Below, piece by piece: positions 44,231 to 54,087 of a stretch of DNA of 64,000 nucleotides. Below the pieces are notes generated by a model. The model saw nothing but the letters and a program-made list of their open reading frames with translations, ran no database searches and was not told the DNA's origin. Within the stretch, counting starts at the first letter, position 1, and the number at the start of each line of letters is the position of its first letter. This DNA comes from an uncultured Candidatus Saccharibacteria bacterium (lineage in GTDB: Bacteria; Patescibacteriota; Minisyncoccia; Phycocordibacterales; JAACPR01): positions 135,379-199,378 of the forward strand of contig CAZVRT010000001.1 in assembly GCA_964630375.1 (NCBI GenBank). Direction: 5' to 3'. A program made the position numbers and the translations under genes.

Positions 44231-46180
44231 ATGGATCCGTTGGATTTAAGTGGTTCAAATTCAAATAATAATTCGCCAGACAAAAGTCGTGTCACGAAGC
44301 TTCAAGAGAAGTTGTATTCTCCAAATACTCAATTTCAAATTCGTGCCAGACAAAATTTAAAAAGACCAACAAACGATATTCCTGAAGCTTGGGAAGATTT
44401 AGAAAAAGATAGTTTCTCAAAAGAATTGGGAAGAACAAAAACTTCGGTTTTTACAAAAATTGTTTTGGTAGCTTTTGTGTTTTTTATCGCTTCACTGGGA
44501 TTCGCTTTTTATAAATTTAGCGGAAGCAGTGCAAATAAATATTCAAGCACTGTTGATATAACAGTTGTCGGACCTGTTGCAGTTGGAGGAGGGGAAGAAT
44601 TATCTCTTGATATTATTATTCAAAATAAAAATCCATTTCCACTTCAAACCGCCGATATTGTAATTGAGTATCCTGAGGGAACAAAAACTGCTGATTTGCA
44701 AAACGATATGCCAAGAATGAGAGTTGGAATCGGAGATGTAGAACCGAATTCAGTTGTAAAAAAGACTTATACCGCAGCCTTGTTTGGTGAAGAAGGTGAA
44801 AAAAAGGAAATTGAAGCACGAATCGAATATCGAGTTCCAAACTCTAATGCAATTTTTGAAAATAAAAAATCTTTTGACTTAGTTTTACAATCTTCGCCTG
44901 TGAGAATTGTAGTTGATACAGTTAGGGAAATTACTTCTGGGCAAGCTTTGAATTTTGATGTGACAGTTTCTTCTAATTCAAACAGCGAGTTAGAAAATGT
45001 TTTGGTAACAGCAGAATATCCATTTGGTTTTACTTTTTCTGAATCAACAATTCCACCCACAACAGGAAATAATGTTTGGTTTTTTGAAAAATTATCTCCT
45101 CAAGAATCAAAGAAGTTTAATGTGCGAGGTTCTGTGATTGGGCAAAACAACGAAGAAAGAGTTTTCAAATGGAATATTGGTTTGGCTGATGCAGAAAATA
45201 AAAATGATTTCAGGGTGAAATTTACAACAGTTGCAAAATCAATGACGCTGATTCGTCCATTTTTGGCTATGGAATTGGCGGTTGATGGAGATTTTGGTGT
45301 TGATTTGATTAGACAAGGAGGAAGACAAATGAATGGAAGACTAACTTTCACAAATAATACTGGAAGTGTGATTGTCGATCCTAGAATTATTTTGAAAATG
45401 GACGGAGAAGTTTTGGATGATCCGACAGTTACAGTTGAGGGTGGTTTCTTTAATTCGAGTGATAACACAATTACTTGGGACAAGGTTACAAATCCAAGCA
45501 TGTTTAAGGAACTTGCAGTTGGTCAATCAGAAACTTTAAACTTTAATTTTACTTCAAAACAATTAGCGACAAGACAAGCAGTTTTCAAAAATCCTGAAAT
45601 TGTTATGAGCGCTGCAATCACAGGAAAAAGAGTGGGAGAAGATTCTGTGCCTGAAGATATTAAAGTTGATGTTGCGAAAAGAATTAAATTCCAATCGTCT
45701 GTGGGTCTTTCATCTAATATTTCGAGATCAAGTGATATCTTTATCCAATCAGGTCCAATTCCGCCCAAAGTTGAACAAGATACAACTTACAATATAACTT
45801 TAAGTTTAAGTAACTCTTCAAATCTTTTGCAAAGAGGAAAAGTGAGAGCAACTTTGCCGCCATATGTAAGATGGAACAATGCTGTATATCCGGATTCTGA
45901 AAAAATTACTTTCATGCCGTCTTCAAGAACAATTGAATGGGATTTGGGAGAAGTTCGAGAGCACGTTGGGCATATTGATCCTGCAAGAAGTGTAACTTTC
46001 CAAATAACTCTTACTCCATCTTCAACTCAAATTGGACAGTCTCCGGCACTTTTGATTGAACCTACATTTACTGGGTTTGATTCGTTTACTAATTCAGAAG
46101 TTACTACTTCTGCGCAAGCTCCAACAACTTCACTTGGACAAGGTTTGGCTGAGACAGAAAATTCGGTGGTTGTGCCTTAA
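44231..46180 (+). CDS. Large membrane-anchored surface protein with repeated beta-sandwich (CARDB/DUF11-like) domains
   Basis: Cytoplasmic N-terminus of ~70 aa, one TM helix, then ~560 aa of repetitive Thr/Ser/Val-rich beta-strand-like segments. Confidence 0.45.
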   Translation: MDPLDLSGSNSNNNSPDKSRVTKLQEKLYSPNTQFQIRARQNLKRPTNDIPEAWEDLEKDSFSKELGRTKTSVFTKIVLVAFVFFIASLGFAFYKFSGSSANKYSSTVDITVVGPVAVGGGEELSLDIIIQNKNPFPLQTADIVIEYPEGTKTADLQNDMPRMRVGIGDVEPNSVVKKTYTAALFGEEGEKKEIEARIEYRVPNSNAIFENKKSFDLVLQSSPVRIVVDTVREITSGQALNFDVTVSSNSNSELENVLVTAEYPFGFTFSESTIPPTTGNNVWFFEKLSPQESKKFNVRGSVIGQNNEERVFKWNIGLADAENKNDFRVKFTTVAKSMTLIRPFLAMELAVDGDFGVDLIRQGGRQMNGRLTFTNNTGSVIVDPRIILKMDGEVLDDPTVTVEGGFFNSSDNTITWDKVTNPSMFKELAVGQSETLNFNFTSKQLATRQAVFKNPEIVMSAAITGKRVGEDSVPEDIKVDVAKRIKFQSSVGLSSNISRSSDIFIQSGPIPPKVEQDTTYNITLSLSNSSNLLQRGKVRATLPPYVRWNNAVYPDSEKITFMPSSRTIEWDLGEVREHVGHIDPARSVTFQITLTPSSTQIGQSPALLIEPTFTGFDSFTNSEVTTSAQAPTTSLGQGLAETENSVVVP

Positions 46181-46204
46181 TAAAAGTAGTGTAATATTTC
46201 GATT

Positions 46205-47587
46205 ATGATAAATGACAAGATGGAAAAGATAGTTTCTCTGGCAAAACGCCGTGGTTTTATATTTCAAGGTTCTGAAATATATGGTGGATTGGCTGGTATT
46301 TATGATTTTGGACCTCGAGGAGTTGAGCTTCTAAATAATATTAAGCAAGCTTGGTGGAAAGCTAATGTTTACGATAAAGAAAATTATTTTGGAATTGATT
46401 CTGGAATGTTTAAGCACCCTAGAGTTTGGGAGGCCAGTGGTCATACAAAAGGTTTTTCAGATCCATTGGCTGAATGTAGAGAGTGTAATACAAGAATTCG
46501 TGTCGATAAAGAATTGGCAAAGATTGGTGTTGTGGCGGATGAGAAAATGTCTGAGGATGAAATCAATCGTCTTTTTGATGAAAACAGAGAAAAAATTTCT
46601 TGTCCAAAGTGTGGTAAGAAAAACTTTACACCTGCTAAGGCATTTAATTTGTTAGTAAGATCAAACTTGGGTGATTTTACATCGGAAGGGGGTGAACCAG
46701 TTTATCTTCCAGGAGAAGCGTGTCAGGGTATTTATTTAAATTTTAAAAATGTTGTAGATACTTTACAACCAAAAATTCCTTTTGGTATTTCTCAGATTGG
46801 TAAAGCATTTAGAAATGAAATCTCGCCGAGGAATTTTCTTTTTAGAACTCGTGAACTGGAGCAGGCAGATACACAATATTTTGTAAGACCAAATGAAAAT
46901 AAAGAGGCTTACGAGAAAATAAAACAAAATCGGTGGGACTGGTATAAATCTATAGGAATAAAAGAGGAAAATCTTCGCTGGAAACAGCATGATAATTTAG
47001 TTTTTTATGCTAAAGACGCTTGGGATATAGAATATAATTTTCCTTCTTTGGGTTTTGATGAGTTGGAGGGTATTCATGATCGTACGGATTATGATCTTAC
47101 TCAACATATGAATTTTTCTGGAGAAGATTTAAGATATTTCGATCAGGAAAAACAAGAAAAATACATACCTTGGATTTTAGAAACTTCAGTTGGACTTGGA
47201 AGATTGTTTCTGGCTGTAATTTCAGATGCATATTACGAAGATGAAATGGATGGTGAGACTAGAGTTGTTTTAAGATTATCTCCAAAATTAGCACCAATAA
47301 AAGTCGCAGTGTTTCCACTTTTGAAAAATCGACCTGAACTTCAAGAAAAAGCTCGAGAAATTTATCAAAAAATCAGAAAAGAAATTCCGCAAACAGTTTT
47401 TGATGATAACGGAAATGTTGGAAAGAGATACCGACGACAAGATGAAATCGGAACTCCTTTCTGCATTACGATAGATTTTGAAACTCTTGAGCAAAATGCA
47501 GGCATAACAGTCCGCGCCCGCGACACAGGACAGCAAGAAAGAATTTCTGAAGATGAAATTGTAAATTATTTGAAAGAAAGATTGTAA
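46205..47587 (+). CDS. glyQS: Glycyl-tRNA synthetase (dimeric alpha2 type)
   Basis: KRRGFIFQGSEIYGGLAGIYDFGPRG (motif 1 region), class-II motifs and a C-terminal anticodon-binding domain. 460 aa. Confidence 0.85.
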   Translation: MINDKMEKIVSLAKRRGFIFQGSEIYGGLAGIYDFGPRGVELLNNIKQAWWKANVYDKENYFGIDSGMFKHPRVWEASGHTKGFSDPLAECRECNTRIRVDKELAKIGVVADEKMSEDEINRLFDENREKISCPKCGKKNFTPAKAFNLLVRSNLGDFTSEGGEPVYLPGEACQGIYLNFKNVVDTLQPKIPFGISQIGKAFRNEISPRNFLFRTRELEQADTQYFVRPNENKEAYEKIKQNRWDWYKSIGIKEENLRWKQHDNLVFYAKDAWDIEYNFPSLGFDELEGIHDRTDYDLTQHMNFSGEDLRYFDQEKQEKYIPWILETSVGLGRLFLAVISDAYYEDEMDGETRVVLRLSPKLAPIKVAVFPLLKNRPELQEKAREIYQKIRKEIPQTVFDDNGNVGKRYRRQDEIGTPFCITIDFETLEQNAGITVRARDTGQQERISEDEIVNYLKERL

Positions 47588-47649
47588 TTATTGATTATTT
47601 AAACAATTTGTGGTTATCTGGCTTCAGAAAGGTCTCAATAATTTACAGA

Positions 47650-48075
47650 ATGAAAGTGAAAGAAAAATGGTCAAACCCACATTGTCTTCCGGTAAGTGCT
47701 TTTCGTAAAAGTAAAAGCAGCAGAGGAAATAACGTTTTTCCACCATTGAATCTTTTTATAAGACAAAGGTTGAAAGCTTTGAATATAGGAGTTGAGAATA
47801 TCCAGAGCAGTCTCGGAATTTCCAAGACAAAAGCATATCTAGTGTGCAATGGCTGGTTTGTTACAGATTATGATGATAGGTGTGCTTTTGCTGATTTGAT
47901 TAAAGTTCCATTGAAAACATTGGTTCTCTGGGAGCACGGTCTTCTTGAGGATGAAGAGATTCCTAATTTTTTAGATGGTGTATATGAGATTAAAAAAGAA
48001 ATTGATGATGCGTTAGAGCAATTGGCTATAAAATTTGATGTTTCTTTGGAGTATCTCAAGGAATTGGTTGGTTAA
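47650..48075 (+). CDS. Putative XRE-family helix-turn-helix transcriptional regulator
   Basis: IRQRLKALNIGVENIQSSLGISKTKAYLVCNGW resembles an XRE HTH. Start placed at the internal ATG 47650 (the ORF track begins at a TTG). Confidence 0.4.
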   Translation: MKVKEKWSNPHCLPVSAFRKSKSSRGNNVFPPLNLFIRQRLKALNIGVENIQSSLGISKTKAYLVCNGWFVTDYDDRCAFADLIKVPLKTLVLWEHGLLEDEEIPNFLDGVYEIKKEIDDALEQLAIKFDVSLEYLKELVG

Positions 48076-48152
48076 TTTAACTTATGTTTCTGCACTGAAT
48101 AGTGCTTTTTATTTACTTTTATATAACCCAAATAAGTGATAATATTTAACTA

Positions 48153-49223
48153 ATGAAAGACTCCACAGACAAAACAATTTCTATAAACATAACCAGCTGG
48201 GGAATTGTAAAAGCTGGTATCATTTTCCTTTTGTTCTGGTTTTTATGGACTATTAGAGACCTGCTTTTGGTAATTGTTACATCGGTTGTTATTGCGTCGG
48301 CGGTAACTCCAATTGCGAATTTTATTTCTGCAAAGACAAAAGCACCTCGTGTCGTTTCAGTTTTGGGTCTTTATGTTGGTATTGCTTTGTTTTTCTTGGG
48401 GATTTTTGCAATATTTTTGCCGCCGTTTATCTCTGATGTCAAAACTGCTTTTTATCAAATTCCATTTTATTTAAACGAACTAAACAATGACAGGGTAAGT
48501 AATTTGCCTGGCTTCGATGTTTTAGTTACTTCAATTCGAGAAATGGAATCAACTGAAGATTTGTTAAATAAAGTTTCAACTTCTGTTTCTGGTGCGACTT
48601 TTGGATTTTTGACTACAGCCTCAGCTGTCTTTGGTGGAGCGCTTTCGTTTATTTTGATTGTGGTAATTTCTTTTTATCTTGCGGTGCAAAAAGATGGGGT
48701 AGGAGATTTTTTGAGAATTGTTACTCCTTTAAAACATGAAAAATATGTTCTTGATCTTTGGAAAAGAAGTCAGAAAAAAATTGGACTTTGGATGCAAGGA
48801 CAACTTCTGCTTGCTGTTATTGTTGGTGTGATGACGTTTATGCTGCTTTCTGTTGTTGGTGTTCCAAACGCTACAATGTTGGCATTTATCGCTATGTCTT
48901 TGGAAATTATTCCGTTGTTTGGTCCGATTATTGCGGCGATTCCTGCGATTGCTCTAGCTCTTTTGAGTGGCGGTGTAACTCTTGGTTTGATAACCCTTTG
49001 TATTTTTATTGTCATTCAACAATTTGAAAGCCACTTGATTCAGCCTTTAGTTGTGAAAAAAATTGTCGGCATTCCTGCACTTGTGGCAATTTTCGCAATC
49101 ATCATTGGAGCACAAGTTGCTGGCTTCTTAGGAATTCTGATATCTGTACCCGTCGCTGCTGTGGTGATGGAATTTTTAGGCGATATTGAAAAGAAAAAAA
49201 TTGCTGCTAATCTTAGAGACTAA
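48153..49223 (+). CDS. AI-2E family transporter (PerM/YdiK-like permease)
   Basis: 8-TM topology and characteristic ISFYLAVQKDGVGDFL and GPIIAAIPA segments. Confidence 0.7.
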   Translation: MKDSTDKTISINITSWGIVKAGIIFLLFWFLWTIRDLLLVIVTSVVIASAVTPIANFISAKTKAPRVVSVLGLYVGIALFFLGIFAIFLPPFISDVKTAFYQIPFYLNELNNDRVSNLPGFDVLVTSIREMESTEDLLNKVSTSVSGATFGFLTTASAVFGGALSFILIVVISFYLAVQKDGVGDFLRIVTPLKHEKYVLDLWKRSQKKIGLWMQGQLLLAVIVGVMTFMLLSVVGVPNATMLAFIAMSLEIIPLFGPIIAAIPAIALALLSGGVTLGLITLCIFIVIQQFESHLIQPLVVKKIVGIPALVAIFAIIIGAQVAGFLGILISVPVAAVVMEFLGDIEKKKIAANLRD

Positions 49224-49232
49224 TTTTAATTT

Positions 49233-50678
49233 ATGTCAGAAAAAAAATCGTTTTATATAACAACAACGCTTCCTTATGTTAATTCAAAACCACATATCGG
49301 TTTTGCTATGGAAATTGTTCGCGCAGATGCTCTTGCTCGTTTCAAAAGAGAAACTGGTTTTGATGTTTTTTTCAACACAGGAACAGATGAACACGGAGTA
49401 AAAATTTTTGAGAAAGCTCAAGAAAATGGAAAAAGCACTCAAGATTATGTTGATGAGATGTCTGAACATTTTAAAAATCTGAAAGAAGTCTTGAATTTAT
49501 CTTTTGATAATTTTATTAGAACAACAGATGCAAATCATATAATCGCGGCACAAGAATTTTGGAAAAAATGTCTAGCTAACGGATATATTTATAAAAAAGA
49601 ATATTCAGGTTTGTATTGCGTAGGGGATGAAATGTTTGTGAAAGAAAAAGATTTGGTAGATGGACGATGTCCAAATCATCCGACGCAAGATCCAATCACC
49701 TTAACAGAAGAAAATTATTTTTTTGCGTTTTCTAAATTTTCAGAAAAACTTTCAAAATATTTTGAAGAAAATCCAGATTTTGTTGTGCCAGGGTTTCGTT
49801 TAAATGAAATGAAGCAAATGATTGCAGATGGTTTGGAAGATTTTAGTATTTCAAGAATTAAAGAAAAAATGCCGTGGGGAATTTCAATTCCGGATGATGA
49901 GGATCAAGTGATGTATGTTTGGTTTGATGCGCTTGTAAATTATATTTCTGCGGTTGGTTGGCCAAATGATGAGGAGAAATTCAAAAAATATTGGACTGAT
50001 GCTACACGAGTGCAATTTTGTGGGAAGGACAACACCCAACATCAATCTCTGCGATGGCAAGCAATGCTTTTTGCCGCTGGGTTGCCGAATACCAATCATG
50101 TAGTTGTGAGTGGTTTTATAAATTCCGGCGGACAAAAAATGTCTAAATCTATTGGAAATATAATTGAGCCTTTAGATATTGTGCAAGAATATGGTGTTGA
50201 TGCGCTTCGTTATTATCTTTTGAGAGAAATTCATCCTTTTGAAGATAGTGATGTTACTCCTGAAAAAATTAAAATTGCCTACAACGCAAATCTTGCAAAT
50301 GGTCTTGGAAACTTGGTAAACAGAATTCTAAAAATGTCAGAAGACAATTTAGAAGGGAATTTCAACTTTAACAGCTCTTTTGAAAATTTGCCCGCAAAAT
50401 ATTTGCAAGCTTTCGAGAAATTTAATTTTCAAGAGGCAATGGATTTTATTTGGAAAGAAATTTCTGATTTAGATCAAAAAATTCAAGACACACAACCGTT
50501 TAAGTTGATAAAAGAAAACCCAGAAGAAGCGAAGAAAATTATTTACGAACTAGTTGAAAAATTATTTAATATTGCTACACTTCTCAAGCCATTACTTCCT
50601 GATACATCCGAGGCAATTATTTCAGCAGTGTTAAAAAACAAAAAACCGGAAGCCCCTTTATTTCTTAGAAAAGATTAA
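49233..50678 (+). CDS. metG: Methionyl-tRNA synthetase, minimal form without C-terminal tRNA-binding domain
   Basis: TTTLPYVNSKPHIGFAME (HIGH-like) and GQKMSKSIGN (KMSKS). Only 481 aa. Confidence 0.85.
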   Translation: MSEKKSFYITTTLPYVNSKPHIGFAMEIVRADALARFKRETGFDVFFNTGTDEHGVKIFEKAQENGKSTQDYVDEMSEHFKNLKEVLNLSFDNFIRTTDANHIIAAQEFWKKCLANGYIYKKEYSGLYCVGDEMFVKEKDLVDGRCPNHPTQDPITLTEENYFFAFSKFSEKLSKYFEENPDFVVPGFRLNEMKQMIADGLEDFSISRIKEKMPWGISIPDDEDQVMYVWFDALVNYISAVGWPNDEEKFKKYWTDATRVQFCGKDNTQHQSLRWQAMLFAAGLPNTNHVVVSGFINSGGQKMSKSIGNIIEPLDIVQEYGVDALRYYLLREIHPFEDSDVTPEKIKIAYNANLANGLGNLVNRILKMSEDNLEGNFNFNSSFENLPAKYLQAFEKFNFQEAMDFIWKEISDLDQKIQDTQPFKLIKENPEEAKKIIYELVEKLFNIATLLKPLLPDTSEAIISAVLKNKKPEAPLFLRKD

Positions 50679-50687
50679 AATCAAAAT

Positions 50688-51533
50688 ATGCAAAATTCAA
50701 AGCCCAACATGCGCTCTATGGTAAAGGCCTGTGAGAATTTAGGAATTCAGTACAAGAAGCTTGATAAGATCGGAAACTTGCTTTGTTTAGAAATAAACGA
50801 ACAGCCGTTTTATTTTACTAATGTTCGTGTTCCTATAAACAACGAATCTGTTGCGGCGATTTGTTTAAATAAAGTTTATGCTTATTGGCTTTTGGAAAAG
50901 GAATTACCAATGCCAAAAACAAAATCATATCTTGATCCGGATGCAAAAGATGACGATGTTAGAAAAAATGCCGAATTTAAAACTCAAAAACAAATTGTTT
51001 CAGATATTTTAAATAATTTCGAAATGCCTTTGATTGTAAAAATGAATTCAGGCGCACAAGGTAAACATGTTTATAAATGTGATACAAAAAGAAAAATTGC
51101 AAAAGCTGTAAAAGCAATCTTCAAAAAGAAACAAAAAAATTATGACTCAAGTGTTTTGGCACAGCATTTTATTGATATAAAACACGAATACCGAGTTATC
51201 TTGCTTGATGGAGAATCTATTTTGATTTATGAAAAAGTTTCTAATAAAAAAACTCAAAACTTAAGTCCTTTGCACAACGATGACGGTAGAGCTGAAATAG
51301 TTCAAGATGATGAAATTAAAAATCAAATTATTGAAATAGTAAACAGAAGTGCAGAACTAAAAAAATTTGGTTGGATTGGTTTGGATATTGCCAAAGATGC
51401 AAATGGTGACTGGTGGATTTTGGAATTAAACACTCGTCCAGGATTTTCGTATTTCATCAGAGACAACGGAGATGAAAAAATAGTTGAAGTTTACGAAAAA
51501 CTTTTAACAAGAATAAGAGATGAAAAACGATAA
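50688..51533 (+). CDS. ATP-grasp family ligase (RimK/Ddl-like)
   Basis: PLIVKMNSGAQGKHVY, EYRVILLDGE and GLDIAKDANGDWWILELNTRPGF are ATP-grasp B/C-domain motifs. Confidence 0.55.
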   Translation: MQNSKPNMRSMVKACENLGIQYKKLDKIGNLLCLEINEQPFYFTNVRVPINNESVAAICLNKVYAYWLLEKELPMPKTKSYLDPDAKDDDVRKNAEFKTQKQIVSDILNNFEMPLIVKMNSGAQGKHVYKCDTKRKIAKAVKAIFKKKQKNYDSSVLAQHFIDIKHEYRVILLDGESILIYEKVSNKKTQNLSPLHNDDGRAEIVQDDEIKNQIIEIVNRSAELKKFGWIGLDIAKDANGDWWILELNTRPGFSYFIRDNGDEKIVEVYEKLLTRIRDEKR

Positions 51534-52344
51534 ACCAGATTTTATAGATATTCATTCACATTTACAGTTTCCTGTATTTAATGAAGATTTAGAATCAGTT
51601 ATTGAACGAGCATTTGAAAATAAAACTTGGGTAATAAATGTCGGCACAAATTTTAAGACTTCTTCTGAAGCGGTGGATATTGCTGAGAGATATTCAGAAG
51701 GTATGTACGCAATTATCGGGCTTCACCCAATTTATACAAATAAATCTTTCCAAGACGAAGATGGAAATGGAGAAGATTTTGATAGAGAAAAATTTGAGGA
51801 GTTAATTAAAAATCCCAAGGTAGTTGGGGTGGGTGAGTGTGGTTTGGATTTTTTTAGAATTGAAGGAGATCGGGAAGAAAATATTCAAAAGCAAAAAGAA
51901 ATTTTTGAAGCACAAATAGATTTAGCTGCGAAATACGATAAACCTTTGATGATTCATTGTAGAGACGCATACCCAGAAGTTTTGGAGATTTTGTCTAAAA
52001 AGAAATCTGAATATGGCGATAAAGTTAGAGCAAATTTTCACTTTTTTGCCGGCTCTTTGGAAGACACTCAAAAAATCCTGGATTTGGGATTCAATTTCTC
52101 GTTTACCGGAGTTATCACTTTTGCTAAGGACTACGAAAAACTGGTCAAAATGGCCCCAATTGAGCGCATTTTCTCTGAAACAGACTGTCCTTATGTCGCT
52201 CCAGTACCTCATCGAGGCAAGCGAAATGAGCCTGTTTTTGTCTCAGAAGTAGTTAAAAAAATCGCTGAAATCAAAGAATTGGATTACGAGGAGGTTAAGA
52301 GGACACTGGTGCAAAATGCTCTTGATTTCTTTGGCATCAAATAA
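51520..52344 (+). CDS. tatD: TatD-family metal-dependent hydrolase/DNase
   Basis: DIHSHLQF, GLHP and GECGLDFF are TatD motifs. Confidence 0.8.
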   Translation: MKNDKPDFIDIHSHLQFPVFNEDLESVIERAFENKTWVINVGTNFKTSSEAVDIAERYSEGMYAIIGLHPIYTNKSFQDEDGNGEDFDREKFEELIKNPKVVGVGECGLDFFRIEGDREENIQKQKEIFEAQIDLAAKYDKPLMIHCRDAYPEVLEILSKKKSEYGDKVRANFHFFAGSLEDTQKILDLGFNFSFTGVITFAKDYEKLVKMAPIERIFSETDCPYVAPVPHRGKRNEPVFVSEVVKKIAEIKELDYEEVKRTLVQNALDFFGIK

Positions 52345-52382
52345 TCTTGCATGGTATCAGGCTTTATGTTAATCTTTGGCAC

Positions 52383-52913
52383 ATGTCAGAAAATGAAATA
52401 ATTAATACAGACGAGGTACGGCTTTACGAGCTGGGTATTAACCTTGTTACAACTCTTGAAGATAAAGCTCAAAGTGATTTTGAAACTGTAAAAGAAATCG
52501 TTAAAAAACACGGTGGGGAAATTAAATCAGAGTCTACTCCAGTAGCAGTCCCACTAGCTTACACAATGTTCAAAAATGTTGACTCTCGAAACATCAAGCA
52601 CAACGCAGCGTCATTTGGTTGGGTTAAATTTGAAGCTACTCCGGAAAAAATTGAACTAATTAAAGAAGACCTTGATTTGAATGGTGAAATTTTGCGATAT
52701 GCAATCTTCAAAACTACTGAAGACGCAAACACTACAGCTGAAGCAGTTGCTGAAATTTTGACAAAGAAATCAGACTCAGACGACAAAAAGAAGTCTAAAG
52801 AAGGTGAAAGCGAAGAATCAACAGAAGAAGCTGAAGTTGCTGAAACTGAAGAAGTTGCAACAGAAGAAGAAATCGACGAAGCTATCGATTCTCTAGTTGA
52901 AAATCAAGAATAA
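52383..52913 (+). CDS. rpsF: 30S ribosomal protein S6 with acidic C-terminal tail
   Basis: YELGINLVT...KHGGEI...PLAYTMFKN...ILRYAIFK match the bS6 pattern. The order rpsF-ssb-rpsR is conserved. Start at ATG 52383. Confidence 0.7.
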   Translation: MSENEIINTDEVRLYELGINLVTTLEDKAQSDFETVKEIVKKHGGEIKSESTPVAVPLAYTMFKNVDSRNIKHNAASFGWVKFEATPEKIELIKEDLDLNGEILRYAIFKTTEDANTTAEAVAEILTKKSDSDDKKKSKEGESEESTEEAEVAETEEVATEEEIDEAIDSLVENQE

Positions 52914-52987
52914 ATAAAAAAGACCTAAAATCTAGCTAAAGGTCTAGATTGACTACCTGTCATAACTCTGCGAACATAATAGATGTT

Positions 52988-53443
52988 ATGTATTTAAATA
53001 AAGCAATTATTGTAGGAAACCTTACTAGAGACCCAGAATTAAAATCATTACCTTCAGGTATGGCGGTTTGTTCGTTTTCAGTAGCGACAAATCGAGTGTG
53101 GAAAGATCAAAATGGAGCAAAACAAGAATCGACTGATTATCACAATATTGTTGTTTTCGGACGACAAGCTGAAACAGCTGCTCAATATTTAAAGAAAGGG
53201 CAAAATGTGATGATTGAAGGAAGAATCCAAACTAGAAGTTGGGACAATCAATCTGGTCAAAAGCAATATAGAACAGAGATTGTTGCGGATAGGGTTCAAT
53301 TTGGCGCTAAAACAGGCGGTGCAGGTGGTTCTTCTCCAAATCAATCTTCAGGTCCTTCATCACCAATGGATGCTCCTATGGACGATGGTGGTCAAATAGA
53401 ATACCCAGCTGATGAGATCAACCCAGAAGACATTCCATTTTAA
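52988..53443 (+). CDS. ssb: Single-stranded DNA-binding protein
   Basis: MYLNKAIIVGNLTRDPELK...YHNIVVFGRQAE OB fold, Gly/Pro/Gln-rich linker and a C-terminal ...EDIPF tail. Confidence 0.85.
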   Translation: MYLNKAIIVGNLTRDPELKSLPSGMAVCSFSVATNRVWKDQNGAKQESTDYHNIVVFGRQAETAAQYLKKGQNVMIEGRIQTRSWDNQSGQKQYRTEIVADRVQFGAKTGGAGGSSPNQSSGPSSPMDAPMDDGGQIEYPADEINPEDIPF

Positions 53444-53490
53444 TTAGGGTATTGCATATCTATTTGACTTTGTGTATAGTGTTCAGACCT

Positions 53491-53691
53491 ATGACAAATG
53501 ATTATTTCAATCAAAAAAGCATCAAAACAATAGATTACAAGGACATCGAACACTTGAGACGATTTGTTAATCCAAACGGAAGAATCCTTTCAAGACGGCG
53601 AACTGGTCTATCAGCAAAGCACCAACGACAAGTTGAGAACGCTATTAAGCGAGCTCGGTTTATGGGATTGATGCCTTTTATCGCTCGATAA
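53491..53691 (+). CDS. rpsR: 30S ribosomal protein S18
   Basis: IDYKDIEHLRRFVNPNGRILSRRRTGLSAKHQRQVENAIKRAR is canonical bS18. Start at ATG 53491. Confidence 0.8.
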   Translation: MTNDYFNQKSIKTIDYKDIEHLRRFVNPNGRILSRRRTGLSAKHQRQVENAIKRARFMGLMPFIAR

Positions 53692-53712
53692 ATTCAATAT
53701 AAAAACTTCAAA

Positions 53713-53790
53713 AACAAAATACTCGCAAATTTTTGCTTCCGCAGGCGTGAGCCGAGGACTGGCAAAAATTTGCGAGTATTTTGTTTTTCT
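53713..53790 (+). terminator. Long-stem hairpin terminator (23-bp perfect stem, 25-nt GC-rich loop) after rpsR
   Basis: acaaaatactcgcaaatttttgc ... gcaaaaatttgcgagtattttgt followed by ttttct. Confidence 0.6.
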
Positions 53791-53836
53791 GAATTTTTTA
53801 TGTAAAATCTAAAAGAACCTTGAACCCTTATTTGAT

Positions 53837-54052
53837 ATGAGTAATTATAGACAACAAGATTTCTTCGAGTCTCTTGGATGGCCTGATCATTTTGTCGAGG
53901 AACTCCCTCAAACGAGCGAAACAGAATCTGTTCATCTGCCACAGCAGTCGTCAAATCATCCAGATCTTTTTTCAACGCCTAAACAAAAAACACCCGCTCC
54001 CGAATATTTTGGAGAGGATGTTTCTGTAAAGCGTCCAAGAATTCTCAGCTGA
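53837..54052 (+). CDS. Hypothetical small Pro/Gln-rich protein
   Basis: 71-aa ORF followed by its own terminator gaggga-aatc-cctc plus ttttt (54051..54069). GC-richer than the core. Confidence 0.3.
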   Translation: MSNYRQQDFFESLGWPDHFVEELPQTSETESVHLPQQSSNHPDLFSTPKQKTPAPEYFGEDVSVKRPRILS

Positions 54053-54087
54053 GGGAAATCCCTCTTTTTATTTCAGCACAGCTTTGT

